Shown: positions 17,655 through 30,300 of the stretch, piece after piece
Layout of the letters: the number at the start of each line of letters is the position of its first letter
How positions within the stretch are numbered: the first letter of the stretch is position 1
Virus record (IMG/VR): IMGVR_UViG_3300034375_006485
Strand: one strand, 5' to 3'
Origin: an uncultured virus (IMG/VR IMGVR_UViG_3300034375_006485)
Taxonomy: Duplodnaviria; Heunggongvirae; Uroviricota; Caudoviricetes
Length of the DNA stretch: 64,000 nt
Position numbers and translations under genes: made by a program
Notes under the pieces: model-generated
Told to the model about the DNA's origin: nothing
Database searches by the model: none
What the model saw: the letters and a program-made list of their open reading frames with translations, nothing else

Positions 17655-18308
17655 TTAAACAAAGATTGTGTTTATATGATCACGATATACTTCAGTATAT
17701 CCCACACTGTTTATGTATTCCCTCAACTTTCGACATGACGTTATCAGTTTTATATTATCTTGAAAATAAGAATGATCATCAACAAGTTCAATGATCATCA
17801 TCTTTGGTTTCCACAAATCAAGTCTAAAAGAGTTAAAAACATCTTCCTCTCTTCCTTCAACATCAACAACTAACAAATCAAAGTTTTTAGGAACATCTGC
17901 CATTTGCATATAAGTATCCAATCTTACTTGTTTACATTCTGATTCTGTAAACTGAGGATAACCAAATAGATGCATTGAAGAAACAATATCAGCTTGTTCT
18001 TTATCTAAAGTTGAGACTATTCCAGAACAATAAACTGGTTTATATCCAACTTCTGTTCCAATAGCATAGTTAGATACTTTAATCTTTTTGTTATTTTTGT
18101 GCCTGTTAACACACTGATTAAAGTGCTCTTTTACAGGTTCAATATAAAACCCTTTCCATCCAGCATCAGCAAGACAAGATGTGTTGGATACAGATTCACC
18201 ATCAAAAGCACCAACTTCTACAAAGGTTCCTTTTTTTGATCCAAAATATTTTAGATAAATCTGATCAAGATCAGGTATCTGACAAGTAGGAGATAAGTTA
18301 TAGATCAT
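17655..18308 (-). CDS. FkbM-family methyltransferase
   Basis: FVEVGAFDG..SN, IEP, DVEG.E. Confidence 0.88.
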   Translation of the reverse strand: MIYNLSPTCQIPDLDQIYLKYFGSKKGTFVEVGAFDGESVSNTSCLADAGWKGFYIEPVKEHFNQCVNRHKNNKKIKVSNYAIGTEVGYKPVYCSGIVSTLDKEQADIVSSMHLFGYPQFTESECKQVRLDTYMQMADVPKNFDLLVVDVEGREEDVFNSFRLDLWKPKMMIIELVDDHSYFQDNIKLITSCRKLREYINSVGYTEVYRDHINTIFV

Positions 18309-18954
18309 AATACTCTTTATGTGTCCACAGTTGTTCTCTACCAGAAGTTAAAACTTCTTCGTAACCACAATATTTTAACGATCTTGCGACTTCATGTGCA
18401 GGGGGAATATTTTTATCTGGAAGTCCATACTCAAACTGAACATATTTAATATTATGTCTCATTAAAAGATCTTTAGCTCCTTGAATGATTTTTAACTCAG
18501 CACCTTCGGCATCTATTTTTAAATAATCAATATGATCTAAAGATAGTTCTTTACATAAAGTATCAAGTGTTTTGCATTCTACTTTTTCGGTATGTAATGA
18601 TTCTCCCAAAAAATCATCTTGCATATAAAAACTTGATAAGACGTGACGATCTCCAGGATAAAAAATAAACTCATGTCCATTTTTATTTGAAAGAGCAAGT
18701 TTTATTAACTCAACCCTTTCATCATCTCTCCATCTATTTTCAAACTCTTGCCAATGCAAAGGTTCTACAGCATAGCATTTAGCGTCTTGAAATCTATCTA
18801 GAAATAATAAAGTAAAATCATCATTCCAGTTTTCAATCCATACTGCATTATCTTCTTCTACAATTTTATTAATGTTACATCCAATATCAAATACAATAGG
18901 ATTAGATGGAAGATATGGAACTGTTTCAATACATTTACGATAATCAAAACTCAT
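18298..18954 (-). CDS. FkbM-family methyltransferase
   Basis: VFDIGCN, LKIDAEGAE, QFEY. Confidence 0.88.
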   Translation of the reverse strand: MSFDYRKCIETVPYLPSNPIVFDIGCNINKIVEEDNAVWIENWNDDFTLLFLDRFQDAKCYAVEPLHWQEFENRWRDDERVELIKLALSNKNGHEFIFYPGDRHVLSSFYMQDDFLGESLHTEKVECKTLDTLCKELSLDHIDYLKIDAEGAELKIIQGAKDLLMRHNIKYVQFEYGLPDKNIPPAHEVARSLKYCGYEEVLTSGREQLWTHKEYYDL

Positions 18955-18955
18955 A

Positions 18956-19573
18956 TCACATAAATGCTCCTTTCTTTACATACCAAATGTGAACTGGACC
19001 ATCAATACCAACAAGTTGATCTTCATCATAATGATTTTTTAGGAAGGAAGTAATATTTCCAAATGAAGGGTGATTCCAATCATGACCCATGATATATCCA
19101 CCATCACGAACTTTTGTTTCCCAATACTTTAGATCATTTTCAAGATCAAAATGATCGCCGTCAATAAAAATAAAATCTAAACTTTCATTCTTAAACTTCT
19201 TTGCTGCTGCTTCAGATGTCATACGAGCAATTTTTCCTCTAGTTCCATACGGCTTAAGCATAGCAACAACGTGCTGATATAAACCCTCAAAGGATACAAA
19301 GTCATTTTTTATATTTACATCACCAACATTCCACCTTTTTTCAGAATAAGTATCTACTCCCCAAAGTTTAGTCAGTTTTGTTTCTTCGAGAAGAAGTTTC
19401 ATATTAGATCCAAAAGCAACTCCAATCTCAACACCTGTTGAAATATCATCACTTCTTTCATTAATAAAATCTTTTAACCATTGATGGGATTCATCCCAAT
19501 ACTGATGATACTTGTAAAGGTTTTCTAGATTAATATCTACTGTAGTAGTCGTAGTTGTTGCCATTGTAATCAT
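18956..19573 (-). CDS. Class I SAM-dependent methyltransferase (Methyltransf_24-like)
   Basis: VEIGV..G, FIFIDGDH, GGYIMGHD. Confidence 0.85.
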   Translation of the reverse strand: MITMATTTTTTVDINLENLYKYHQYWDESHQWLKDFINERSDDISTGVEIGVAFGSNMKLLLEETKLTKLWGVDTYSEKRWNVGDVNIKNDFVSFEGLYQHVVAMLKPYGTRGKIARMTSEAAAKKFKNESLDFIFIDGDHFDLENDLKYWETKVRDGGYIMGHDWNHPSFGNITSFLKNHYDEDQLVGIDGPVHIWYVKKGAFM

Positions 19574-20190
19574 TTCTCCTGTTTTGTATAAAGGGCATCA
19601 CCCCAATCATGATCTTGCCACCAGTTAGTTTCAGTTCTTTCAAATGAATACTGTAACAAAAACTTATCGATGTCTTCTATATATGCGTTGTTCTCATATA
19701 TCTCTGCACGATTAACTTCACAGTAAACATAATCAATATGATTTAAAGTGTTTTTAGCACCTTTTAGAACCTCAAGTTCATATCCCTGTACATCCATATT
19801 TAAAAAGTTATACTTTGTAAAGTTATAATCATCTAATAACTTTACTTCAATAGTTTCAGTTTCATTAAATGTAATGTCTGGATATAAATTGAGATGTTCT
19901 TTAGGTTTGAGAATAGAACTACTCTCACACATATTACTGCTTAGATACATATCAACTGTTTTATGTTCACTACCTAAAGCAACTTGATACCCTAAAATAT
20001 TTGCATCGTAGTTTGCTGCATGTTTAGCAACAATATCAAAGTTTCTTTCTACTGGTTCAAACAAGACAATATTTTTAATTCCATTATTGATATATAAAGG
20101 AATCTCTTCTCCATGATGAGCCCCTACGTGAATAACTCCATTAATATTCATATCATACTTTGTAGTAATATTATTAAATGTTAGAATCAT
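19570..20190 (-). CDS. FkbM-family methyltransferase
   Basis: IHVGAH.GEE, MDVQGYELEVLKG, WGDALY. Confidence 0.9.
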   Translation of the reverse strand: MILTFNNITTKYDMNINGVIHVGAHHGEEIPLYINNGIKNIVLFEPVERNFDIVAKHAANYDANILGYQVALGSEHKTVDMYLSSNMCESSSILKPKEHLNLYPDITFNETETIEVKLLDDYNFTKYNFLNMDVQGYELEVLKGAKNTLNHIDYVYCEVNRAEIYENNAYIEDIDKFLLQYSFERTETNWWQDHDWGDALYTKQEK

Positions 20191-21203
20191 GTTTCACTAT
20201 AGATAAACTTTTTGACATAATCAATATTCACTCTTAAAAGATAAGCAGAGTTATCTTGGAATCCAAATGTAATCAAATAATCATCACCATATTCACACAT
20301 ACCAACAGCAAACTCAATCTCTGCTTCCATAAAAGAAAACTGTTTAGACACTGTTTCAATCTGCCAGTTCTTATCCCAAACAATAAATCTATGTCTATAG
20401 ATACCATCTTTACGATCTTGTTCACTTTTGGTTAAGTATGTTTCATGGCAAAGTGTAATATGTTTACCGTCACCAAAAGGAAGAACCTGAGATCCTCCTC
20501 TTAGATCAATACAACCAATATCTTTCCAATCAGTAATAACTACTGTCTCAGTTGTATTGGTTTCAATATCATATCTTACAACTTCTGTGCCATTAGTCCA
20601 CTTAACAAAATGCCATGGCATATCAACAATAGGCATCCAGTTCTTTTCACAATAAGATTGCCTATTACCTGGTGTAGGAATACGATATTGAGCAATCTCT
20701 TTCACATAATCAGGACCAATCTCAATCTCAGATAGTTCCATTCTACCAGTACCAACAGTGTCTAGATCTCTTCTGACACCACACATAAAAAGTCTTCCAT
20801 CCCAACGGAAAATCCTGGAATCTTCAAGACCTACAAAATCCCAAAGCTCTTTATCGGGGAAGTCTGATGTATCAATATGTCTTTGCCATACTGGATTCAT
20901 ATTAGAATCATACTCACACAGAATATTCTTTGTGCGAAGCTTCCAATCATTTTCTGGATGAATATAAACTAAAGGACCCCATGGATGTTCATAGGTCTTC
21001 TTCTCAGAATGATATAATGTATAGTTAATATTTCTTAGATTTACTAGAATCTTATCCCCATCCAAATAAATCGAAGGATTTGTTAGAGAAGGTCCTTTAA
21101 GAATAGAAGAATCTGTTACCAGTGGATGAATACTACCTCCATTCTCAATACACTCTTTCACAAAATTCATACTATGTGATGATTCATGCAATGGTCTGTT
21201 CAT
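20187..21203 (-). CDS. Beta-propeller glycoside hydrolase/phosphorylase-like protein (GH130/GH43 superfamily-like)
   Basis: NPSI, GLED.R, EKNWMP, RGGSQ, EF..G motifs. Confidence 0.6.
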   Translation of the reverse strand: MNRPLHESSHSMNFVKECIENGGSIHPLVTDSSILKGPSLTNPSIYLDGDKILVNLRNINYTLYHSEKKTYEHPWGPLVYIHPENDWKLRTKNILCEYDSNMNPVWQRHIDTSDFPDKELWDFVGLEDSRIFRWDGRLFMCGVRRDLDTVGTGRMELSEIEIGPDYVKEIAQYRIPTPGNRQSYCEKNWMPIVDMPWHFVKWTNGTEVVRYDIETNTTETVVITDWKDIGCIDLRGGSQVLPFGDGKHITLCHETYLTKSEQDRKDGIYRHRFIVWDKNWQIETVSKQFSFMEAEIEFAVGMCEYGDDYLITFGFQDNSAYLLRVNIDYVKKFIYSET

Positions 21204-21279
21204 ATTATTTCAATAATAACAAAGTATCTATAAGATTTTTAAAGGTCTTAAATTAATCCCAATCAAACCTGACAAAGGT

Positions 21280-21308
21280 ATTATATCAATATCTGATTAC
21301 TATGTCAA
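21280..21308 (-). promoter_or_regulatory. Perfect sigma70 promoter TTGACA-17-TATAAT for the methyltransferase/GT operon
   Basis: -35 at 21303-21308, -10 at 21280-21285. Confidence 0.85.
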
Positions 21309-21328
21309 TATCAAAAGAAAATAAGATT

Positions 21329-21358
21329 AAGTGAAGTGTCTAAATTAACACTTTACTT
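21329..21358 (-). terminator. Possible terminator hairpin after the giant collagen-like gene
   Basis: AAGTAAAGTGT..ACACTTCACTT stem with one mismatch, followed by a T-rich tract. Confidence 0.45.
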
Positions 21359-24300
21359 ATTTTCAAGATTACTAACTCTATTCTCCAATACTTTTATGTA
21401 ATTGTGGTCTTCAACAAGAGCATTAATTAGGAATGGAATTAATCCAGAATAATTTACAGTTTTATTATTTCCATTATTATTAACTAGTTCTGGAATAATG
21501 TTTTCCAATTCTTGTGCTATAACACCATAACTTACATTTCCATTATCTTTCCAAGTAAATCTTATTGATGAAATTTTTTCTAATTTGTCAATACTATTAC
21601 TCAGATAACTGATATTTTCTTTTAACTGTATATCGGATGTAGAATTAAAATCAGTTGCTGACAGTTGACCAGTACTTGGATTGAATTGGAGTTTTGTTGA
21701 AGAAACATATTCTGTTGATACTGTCCCAGAAGTCTGGTTTACAAACGTAGGATATCTTGTGGCATTTGTTGTTGTGTCATTAGTAATTGAAATTTCAGTT
21801 CCCGATTTACCTTGAACACCCTGAGATGATTGTGTACCTTGAACGCCTTGAGTACCTTGGAGACCCTGGTTTCCTTGAACACCTTGATTACTTAAACCTT
21901 GGAGACCCTGATTACCTTGGAGACCTTGAGTACCTTGAGTTGCTTGTGTACCTTGAGTACCTTGGCGTCCTTGTAATCCCTGGTTACCCTGGTTACCTTG
22001 GTTACCCTGGTTACCTTGGCGGCCTTGTGTACCTTGAGTTGCTTGTGTACCTTGAGTACCTTGGTTACCTTGGTTACCTTGGTTACCTTGAGTTGCTTGT
22101 GTACCTTGGTTACCCTGAACGCCTTGGTTACTTCTACCTTGGTTACCTTGGTTACCTTGAGTTGCTTGTGTACCTTGGTTACCCTGAACGCCTTGGTTAC
22201 TTCTACCTTGGTTTCCTTGATTACCTTGATTACCTTGGCGTCCTTGGTTACCTTGAAGACCTTGGTTTCCTTGGTTTCCTTGGTTACCCTGAGTTCCTTG
22301 GTTACCCTGGTTACCCTGGCGTCCCTGACGACCCTGGTTTCCTTGGTTGCCCTGTAGACCTTGGTTTCCTTGATTACCTTGATTACCTTGGCGTCCTTGG
22401 TTACCTTGAAGACCTTGGTTACCTTGATTACCTTGATTGCCTTGATTACCTTGATTACCTTGGCGTCCTTGGTTACCTTGAAGACCTTGGTTACCTTGAT
22501 TACCTTGATTGCCTTGATTACCTTGGTTACCTTGGCGTCCTTGGTTACCTTGGAGACCTTGATTACCCTGATTACCTTGGTTACCCTGGTTACCTTGATT
22601 ACCTTGGTTACCCTGGTTGCCTTGGTTGCCTTGAAGACCTTGGACACCAGATCTTGTAAATGCTAATGTTACTTCTTCACTTACTGATGGCGAAGCACCT
22701 GCAAGATAGTTGACTGGAATGGTATAGTAAGAACCATTATCAGTTATATTTCCATCAACTTCAAAAATAACAACAGTATTATCTGAAGATAGAGCTGAGA
22801 TTATGTAAATATAACCCCTGTTTAATCCACCAGTTAATGTAGTATCATCCCAACTTGCAATCCATCCCGATTGATTATTGCTTAAAGCGTCAATATCATT
22901 AACTGTAATAGAAGTTACAGAAGATGCTGTGGCATTATTAAATCTAATCTGACCAGAAGATGGTGCTCCAGTTCCTCCATATGCATAAGGAACTCCACCA
23001 CGGTTACCGATGTTACCCTGGTTACCCTGGTTACCTTGGTTACCTTGGTTACCTTGGTTACCTTGGTTACCTTGAAGACCTTGGTTACCTTGATTACCTT
23101 GATTTCCTTGGTTTCCTTGGTTACCCTGGTTACCCTGTAGACCTTGGTTTCCTTGGTTGCCCTGATTACCTTGATTACCCTGGTTTCCTTGGAGACCTTG
23201 ATTACCCTGGTTACCTTGGAGACCTTGATTACCTTGGTTTCCTTGGAGACCTTGATTACCTTGGTTTCCTTGATTGCCTTGGAGACCTTGGTTTCCTTGA
23301 TTGCCTTGGAGACCTTGATTACCTTGGTTACCTTGGTTACCTTGAAGACCTTGGACACCAGATCTTGTGAATGCTAAAGTAACTTCTTCACTTACTGATG
23401 GTGTAGATCCACTAATGGGATTAACTGGGATAGTATAATATGTACCATTATTTGTTGCAGAACCATCAACTTCAAAAATATTAACGGTATTATCGGATGA
23501 AAGTGCCGAAATAACGTAAATATAACCTCTATTTAATCCACCAGTTAACGCTGTATCATCCCAACTTGCAATCCAGTTTGATTGATCATTACTTAACTGA
23601 TCAATATCATGGACTTGAATCGCAGTGATGCTAGCAAATGTAGAGTTATTATATCTGATCTGTCCACTAGAAGGAGCTCCAGTTCCACTATAAGTATAAG
23701 GAACTCCACCACGGTTACCAATATTACCTTGGTTACCTTGGAGACCCTGGTTTCCTTGGTTACCTTGGTTTCCTTGATTACCTTGATTTCCTTGGTTACC
23801 CTGTAGACCTTGGTTACCTTGGTTGCCCTGATTTCCTTGGTTTCCTTGGTTGCCCTGATTTCCTTGATTACCTTGAAGACCCTGAAGTCCTTGATTACCT
23901 TGATTACCTTGGTTACCCTGATTACCTTGGTTACCTTGATTACCTTGAAGACCCTGAAGTCCTTGGTTACCTTGGTTACCCTGTAGACCTTGATTGCCCT
24001 GGTTGCCTTGGTTTCCTTGATTACCTTGATTTCCTTGGTTACCTTGGAGACCTTGGTTACCTTGATTACCCTGGTTGCCTTGGTTTCCTTGATTGCCTTG
24101 GTTTCCTTGGTTTCCTTGGAGACCCTGAACACCCTGAACACCAGATCTTGTAAATGTTAAAGTAACTTCTTCACTTGCAGTAGGAGTACTACCAGATAAG
24201 TAGTTGACAGGAATAGAATAATATGAACCGTTATCAGTTATATTTCCATCAACTTCAAGGATTGTTACAGTATTGTCAGAAGATAGTGCAGAAATAATAT

Positions 24301-27300
24301 AAATGTAACCTCTATTCAGACCACCATTTAATGTAGTATCATCCCAACTTGTAATCCAGTTTGATTGATTGTTACCAAGATCATCAATATCGTTAACATA
24401 AACTACTGTAGGATTGGATCCATTGTTGAATCTAATCTCACCAGATGTTCCCGATGATGTTCCCGTACCAGCATAGGTATAAGGAACTCCACCACGGTTA
24501 CCAATGTTTCCTTGTAGACCTTGGTTGCCCTGATTACCTTGGTTACCCTGGTTGCCCTGGTTTCCTTGATTACCTTGGCGTCCTTGGTTACCCTGTAGAC
24601 CTTGGTTGCCCTGATTACCTTGGTTACCTTGATTACCTTGGCGTCCTTGGTTACCTTGGCGTCCTTGGTTACCCTGTAGACCTTGGTTGCCCTGGTTGCC
24701 CTGGTTACCTTGATTGCCCTGGTTGCCTTGATTACCTTGGCGTCCTTGGTTGCCCTGTAGACCTTGGTTTCCTTGGTTGCCCTGGTTTCCTTGGTTTCCT
24801 TGGTTGCCCTGGTTTCCTTGGTTACCTTGCAGACCCTGGACACCTTGAACACCAGATCTTGTGAACGCTAAGGTAAGTTCTGTTCCATTTGAGGGAACAG
24901 TACCACTAATAGGATTGACTGGGATGGTCCAATATGTTCCATTATTTGTCGCAGTACCATCAACTTCAAAGATATTAACCGTATTTGCATCAGATGAAGC
25001 GGAGATTAGATAGATATAACCCCTATTCAATCCGCCAGTTAATGCTGTATCATCCCAACTTGAAATCCAGTTAGTTTGGTCATTACTTAACTGGTCAATA
25101 TCATGAATTCTAAGTTGAGTAATAGAACTAAAAGTTGAACTGTTATAAGTGACTGTACCTGATCCAGGAACTCCTCCAGTCGATCCTTGGAAGTCATAAG
25201 GAACTCCACCACGGTTACCAATGTTTCCTTGCAGACCCTGAACACCTTGGTTACCTTGGTTTCCTTGGTTACCCTGGTTTCCTTGGTTACCCTGGTTTCC
25301 TTGGTTACCTTGAAGACCTTGGTTACCAACTGGTTGAATAACAACAAATACTCTGTCACCATCGGTAAATGTACCAGTCTGTGCAATCTTTGTGACAGTA
25401 AAGTATCTCCAAGTACCTTGATCATTTCTATAAGATTCAACGGAGAAGACAATATAATCTAAGTTATTTGCTTCTCTTTGAACTGTAATAACCGATCTTG
25501 GGCTGTTATTTGAATAGTCAATAGAAGAAAGAATACCCTGCACATCAGTAGTTTCAATATCAATCTCACTGATTCTAAACTGTGTAAAGTTTGCTGTTGG
25601 TGCAGCGTTAAATCCAATATGACCATTTCCAGGATTAGTATTAGCCGTTGACGAGTTATATTCAAATACAGAACCTAGGGATCTTGCTGCAGAAATACCT
25701 TGTAAACCTTGGAGACCTTGGTTACCCTGATTACCCTGGTTGCCTTGGTTACCCTGGTTTCCTTGGTTACCCTGATTCCCTTGTAAACCCTGGTTGCCCT
25801 GGTTACCTTGGTTTCCTTGGTTACCCTGGTTTCCTTGGTTACCCTGATTCCCTTGTAAACCCTGGTTGCCCTGGTTACCTTGGTTGCCTTGATTACCTTG
25901 GCGTCCTTGGTTGCCCTGTAGACCTTGGTTTCCTTGGTTGCCCTGGTTGCCTTGATTTCCTTGGTTGCCTTGGTTACCCTGATTACCTTGATTGCCTTGT
26001 AGACCTTGTATTCCAGAAGCAACAAAGTTTAATGAAAGTTCTTCATTATTTGCTGGTAATGAACCAGATACATGACTGACTGGAATCTTATAATATCCAG
26101 AAGCAACTGTTACTGCACCAGTAATCTGGAATACATCAACAGTTGTTTCATTACTATCAGATGATGTTAGATATAAGTAACCTCTAACAAGACCTGGGTT
26201 GACCTGAGTATCATCCCAAGTGTTATACCATCCTGTCTGATTGTTTCCTAAACCATCTAGGTTATCGATAAAGATCTGTGTTACAGATCCAATAGTGCCA
26301 TTATTATATCTTATAGTTCCATTTCCAGGATCAAAATCTCCAGTTGCTGTAGAGAAGACATATGGAGTTCCACCGCGACTACCATAGTTACCTTGTAGAC
26401 CTTGGTTACCCTGGTTTCCTTGGTTGCCTTGGTTTCCTTGCAGACCTTGGTTACCTTGATTACCTTGATTACCCTGGTTGCCTTGATTACCTTGTAGACC
26501 TTGATTACCCTGGTTACCCTGGTTTCCTTGGCGTCCTTGGTTGCCCTGTAAACCTTGAAGACCTTGAAGACCCTGGTTTCCTTGATTACCCTGGTTTCCT
26601 TGGTTTCCTTGGTTTCCTTGGTTACCTTGTAGACCCTGTAGACCTTGGTTTCCCTGGGGTTGAATGCTAAAGAAACAATCTTCAAGGTTATTAAATGTTC
26701 CGTTAGAGATTAAAATCTCAACAGTATATTGTCTCCAAGTACCTTGATCAATTCTATCTGATTTAATAACACCAACAACATAAACAGATGCATCTCCAAT
26801 CTTTTGGATTGCAAAGGTAGATTTAAGTTCATTGTCGGAATAATCTAATAGATTTAATACTGCACTTTGATCTACTCCAACAGTATCAAACTCACTGATC
26901 GCAAGAGTAGTTGCACTTGTAAATGTAGTATTATTTAATCTAAAATTTCCACTACCAGGATTTGCGATTGTTGTATTATTGCTGTATCTTACGTTACTTC
27001 CTAACGTTCTTGCTGCAGCAACACCCTGCAATCCTTGTAGACCTTGGTTTCCTTGGTTGCCCTGGTTGCCTTGATTGCCCTGGTTGCCTTGGTTGCCTTG
27101 GTTACCTTGCAGACCTTGGTTACCCTGGTTGCCTTGATTTCCTTGATTTCCTTGGTTACCTTGCAGACCTTGGTTACCCTGGTTGCCCTGGTTACCTTGA
27201 TTTCCTTGGTTGCCTTGGTTACCTTGGTTACCTTGTAGACCTTGGTTGCCTTGATTGCCTTGTAGACCTTGGTTACCCTGGTTGCCCTGGTTACCTTGAT

Positions 27301-30300
27301 TTCCTTGGTTGCCTTGTAGACCTTGGTTGCCTTGGTTGCCTTGATTACCCTGGTTTCCTTGGTTACCTTGTAGACCTTGGTTGCCTTGGAGACCCTGAAC
27401 ACCCTGAATGCCTGTCTTAGTGAAGAAAACAGTTACCTCTTGTCCATTTGAAGGCAGAGTACCTGTCAGATAGTTGACAGGGATAGTGTGATAAGTGGTA
27501 TTATCTGTTACTGCACCATCTACTTCAAATACTGCACTGACATTAGTTGATGAATCTGCAGAAGTAATATAAATGAATCCTCTATTGAGGCCAGGGTCCA
27601 TTGTTGTATCATCCCAAGTTTCATACCATGCAGTCTGATCAATACCAAACTCATCAGTATCATCAAAATACATGCTTGTGACACTTGCAATACTTGAAGC
27701 ATTAAATCTAAGTCTTCCTTGACCACCAGATCCAGCAGTGGTAGTGGTATCAAAGAGATAAGGAATACCACCACGATCTCCAAGCATACCTTGTAGACCC
27801 TGTAGACCTTGGTTACCTTGGTTTCCTTGATTACCCTGGTTGCCCTGGTTGCCTTGGTTGCCTTGATTACCTTGTAGACCTTGGTTACCTTGATTGCCCT
27901 GATTACCTTGATTGCCCTGGTTTCCTTGGTTGCCCTGGTTTCCTTGCAGACCTTGATTGCCTTGATTTCCTTGGTTTCCTTGGCGTCCTTGGTTGCCTTG
28001 TAGACCTTGAAGACCTTGAAGACCTTGGAGACCTTGGTTACCCTGATTACCTTGGTTTCCCTGGTTTCCTTGGTTTCCTTGATTACCCTGATTACCTTGT
28101 AAACCTTGGCGTCCTTGGTTACCCTGTAGACCTTGATTGCCCTGGTTACCTTGATTGCCCTGGTTTCCTTGGTTACCTTGATTTCCTTGGTTACCCTGTA
28201 GACCTTGATTACCTTGGTTACCTTGGTTGCCCTGGTTTCCTTGATTGCCCTGGTTACCTTGGTTTCCTTGGTTACCCTGAACACCCTGAACACCTGTTTT
28301 GGTGAAGAATATAGTTAACTCTTGATTATTTGTTGGTAGAACACCTGTCAAATAAGTAACTGGAACTGTATAATATGCTCCATTATCAACTACAGAATCA
28401 TCTACAAAAAATACGGCAGATACATTAGATGATGCATCAGCAGAAGTTATATAAACGTAACCTCTATTAAGACCTGAGTTAACAATCGTATCGTCCCAAG
28501 TGTCATACCAAGCAGTTTGATCTACACCAAATAAGTCGGTATCATCAATATAAAGTTGAGTTACTGATCCAATAGTAGAGTTGTTGAATCTAAGTCTTCC
28601 TTGACCACCAGAATTTGCTGTAGTTGTTGTGTCAAAGAGATAAGGAATACCACCACGATCTCCAAGCATACCCTGGTTACCCTGGTTTCCTTGGTTACCC
28701 TGGTTTCCTTGGTTACCTTGCAGACCCTGGTTGCCTTGATTACCTTGATTACCCTGGTTACCTTGATTGCCCTGGTTTCCTTGATTGCCTTGTAGACCTT
28801 GGTTACCCTGGTTTCCTTGGTTGCCCTGGTTGCCTTGATTTCCCTGTAGACCTTGATTGCCTTGATTACCCTGGTTTCCTTGGTTGCCCTGGTTGCCTTG
28901 ATTTCCCTGTAGACCTTGATTGCCTTGATTACCCTGGTTTCCTTGGTTACCTTGATTTCCTTGGTTGCCCTGGTTACCTTGTAAACCTTGTAGTCCTTGA
29001 TTGCCCTGGTTTCCTTGGTTACCTTGATTTCCTTGGTTGCCCTGGTTACCTTGGTTACCTTGTAAACCTTGGAGACCTTGGTTTCCTTGGTTGCCCTGGT
29101 TTCCTTGGTTGCCTTGAGTACCTTGAATACCTGCTAAACCAAAACTAATAAAGATCTCATCATTATTACTAAATCCAGATCCAACTGAAACAGAATCAGT
29201 TAAATCTAAAGTACTCCATCCATTAACACCAGCAGACTCTAGAGTAACTCCACCAAGTCTAAAAATATAGAAGTTATTTGAATTTGTTTGGGACTGGATT
29301 TTAATAAATCCTTTGTTACCTGGTGATCCATATGCATTAACAAAACTATAAAAGTCACTTAAATCTGAACCATTTTGATCTGCGTGGTCCAGATACATTT
29401 CTGTAGAGTTTTCAATAGTAGTATTATCAAATCTAAAGTATCCGCTTCCAGGATCTCCTGATGTAGTGCTTGTTGAATAGAAGTATTCAAAAGTATCTCC
29501 AGAACTTACACCATCTGGACCCTGAAGACCCTGTAAACCTTGAAGACCTTGGACACCAGATCTTGTAAAGTTAAATACTAATTTTTCAGAGTTGGTTGGT
29601 AAAGATCCAGATACATATGCAACAGGAACTCTGTAATATCCAGTTTCTGCTGTAACTGCTCCTACAACATTAAAGACATTTACGTTGGTTCCAGTAACAT
29701 CTGCAGATGTTATTACAAGATTACCACGACTTAAACCTGCATTTAGTTGAGTATCATCCCAAACATCATACCAAACGGTCTGATCATTACCTAAGTCATC
29801 TAAGTTATCAATATAAATTTCAGTTACAGATCCAATGGTTGCGTTGTTATATCTAAAGATACCATTGCCAGGATCCGCATTAGTTGTAGTTGTAGAGAAG
29901 ATATAGGGAACTCCACCACGGTTACCAATGTTTCCTTGTAGACCTTGTAATCCTTGATTGCCCTGATTACCTTGGTTACCTTGATTACCTTGGTTGCCTT
30001 GATTACCTTGGAGACCCTGGTTGCCCTGGTTACCTTGATTGCCCTGGTTGCCTTGATTACCTTGGCGTCCTTGGTTGCCCTGTAGACCTTGGTTTCCCTG
30101 GTTACCTTGGTTACCTTGGTTTCCTTGGTTGCCCTGTAAACCTTGGAGACCTTGTAATCCTTGATTGCCCTGATTACCTTGGTTGCCCTGGTTTCCTTGG
30201 TTGCCCTGGTTTCCTTGCAGACCTTGATTGCCTTGATTTCCTTGGTTTCCTTGGTTACCCTGATTACCTTGATTACCCTGAAGACCTTGTAAACCTTGTA

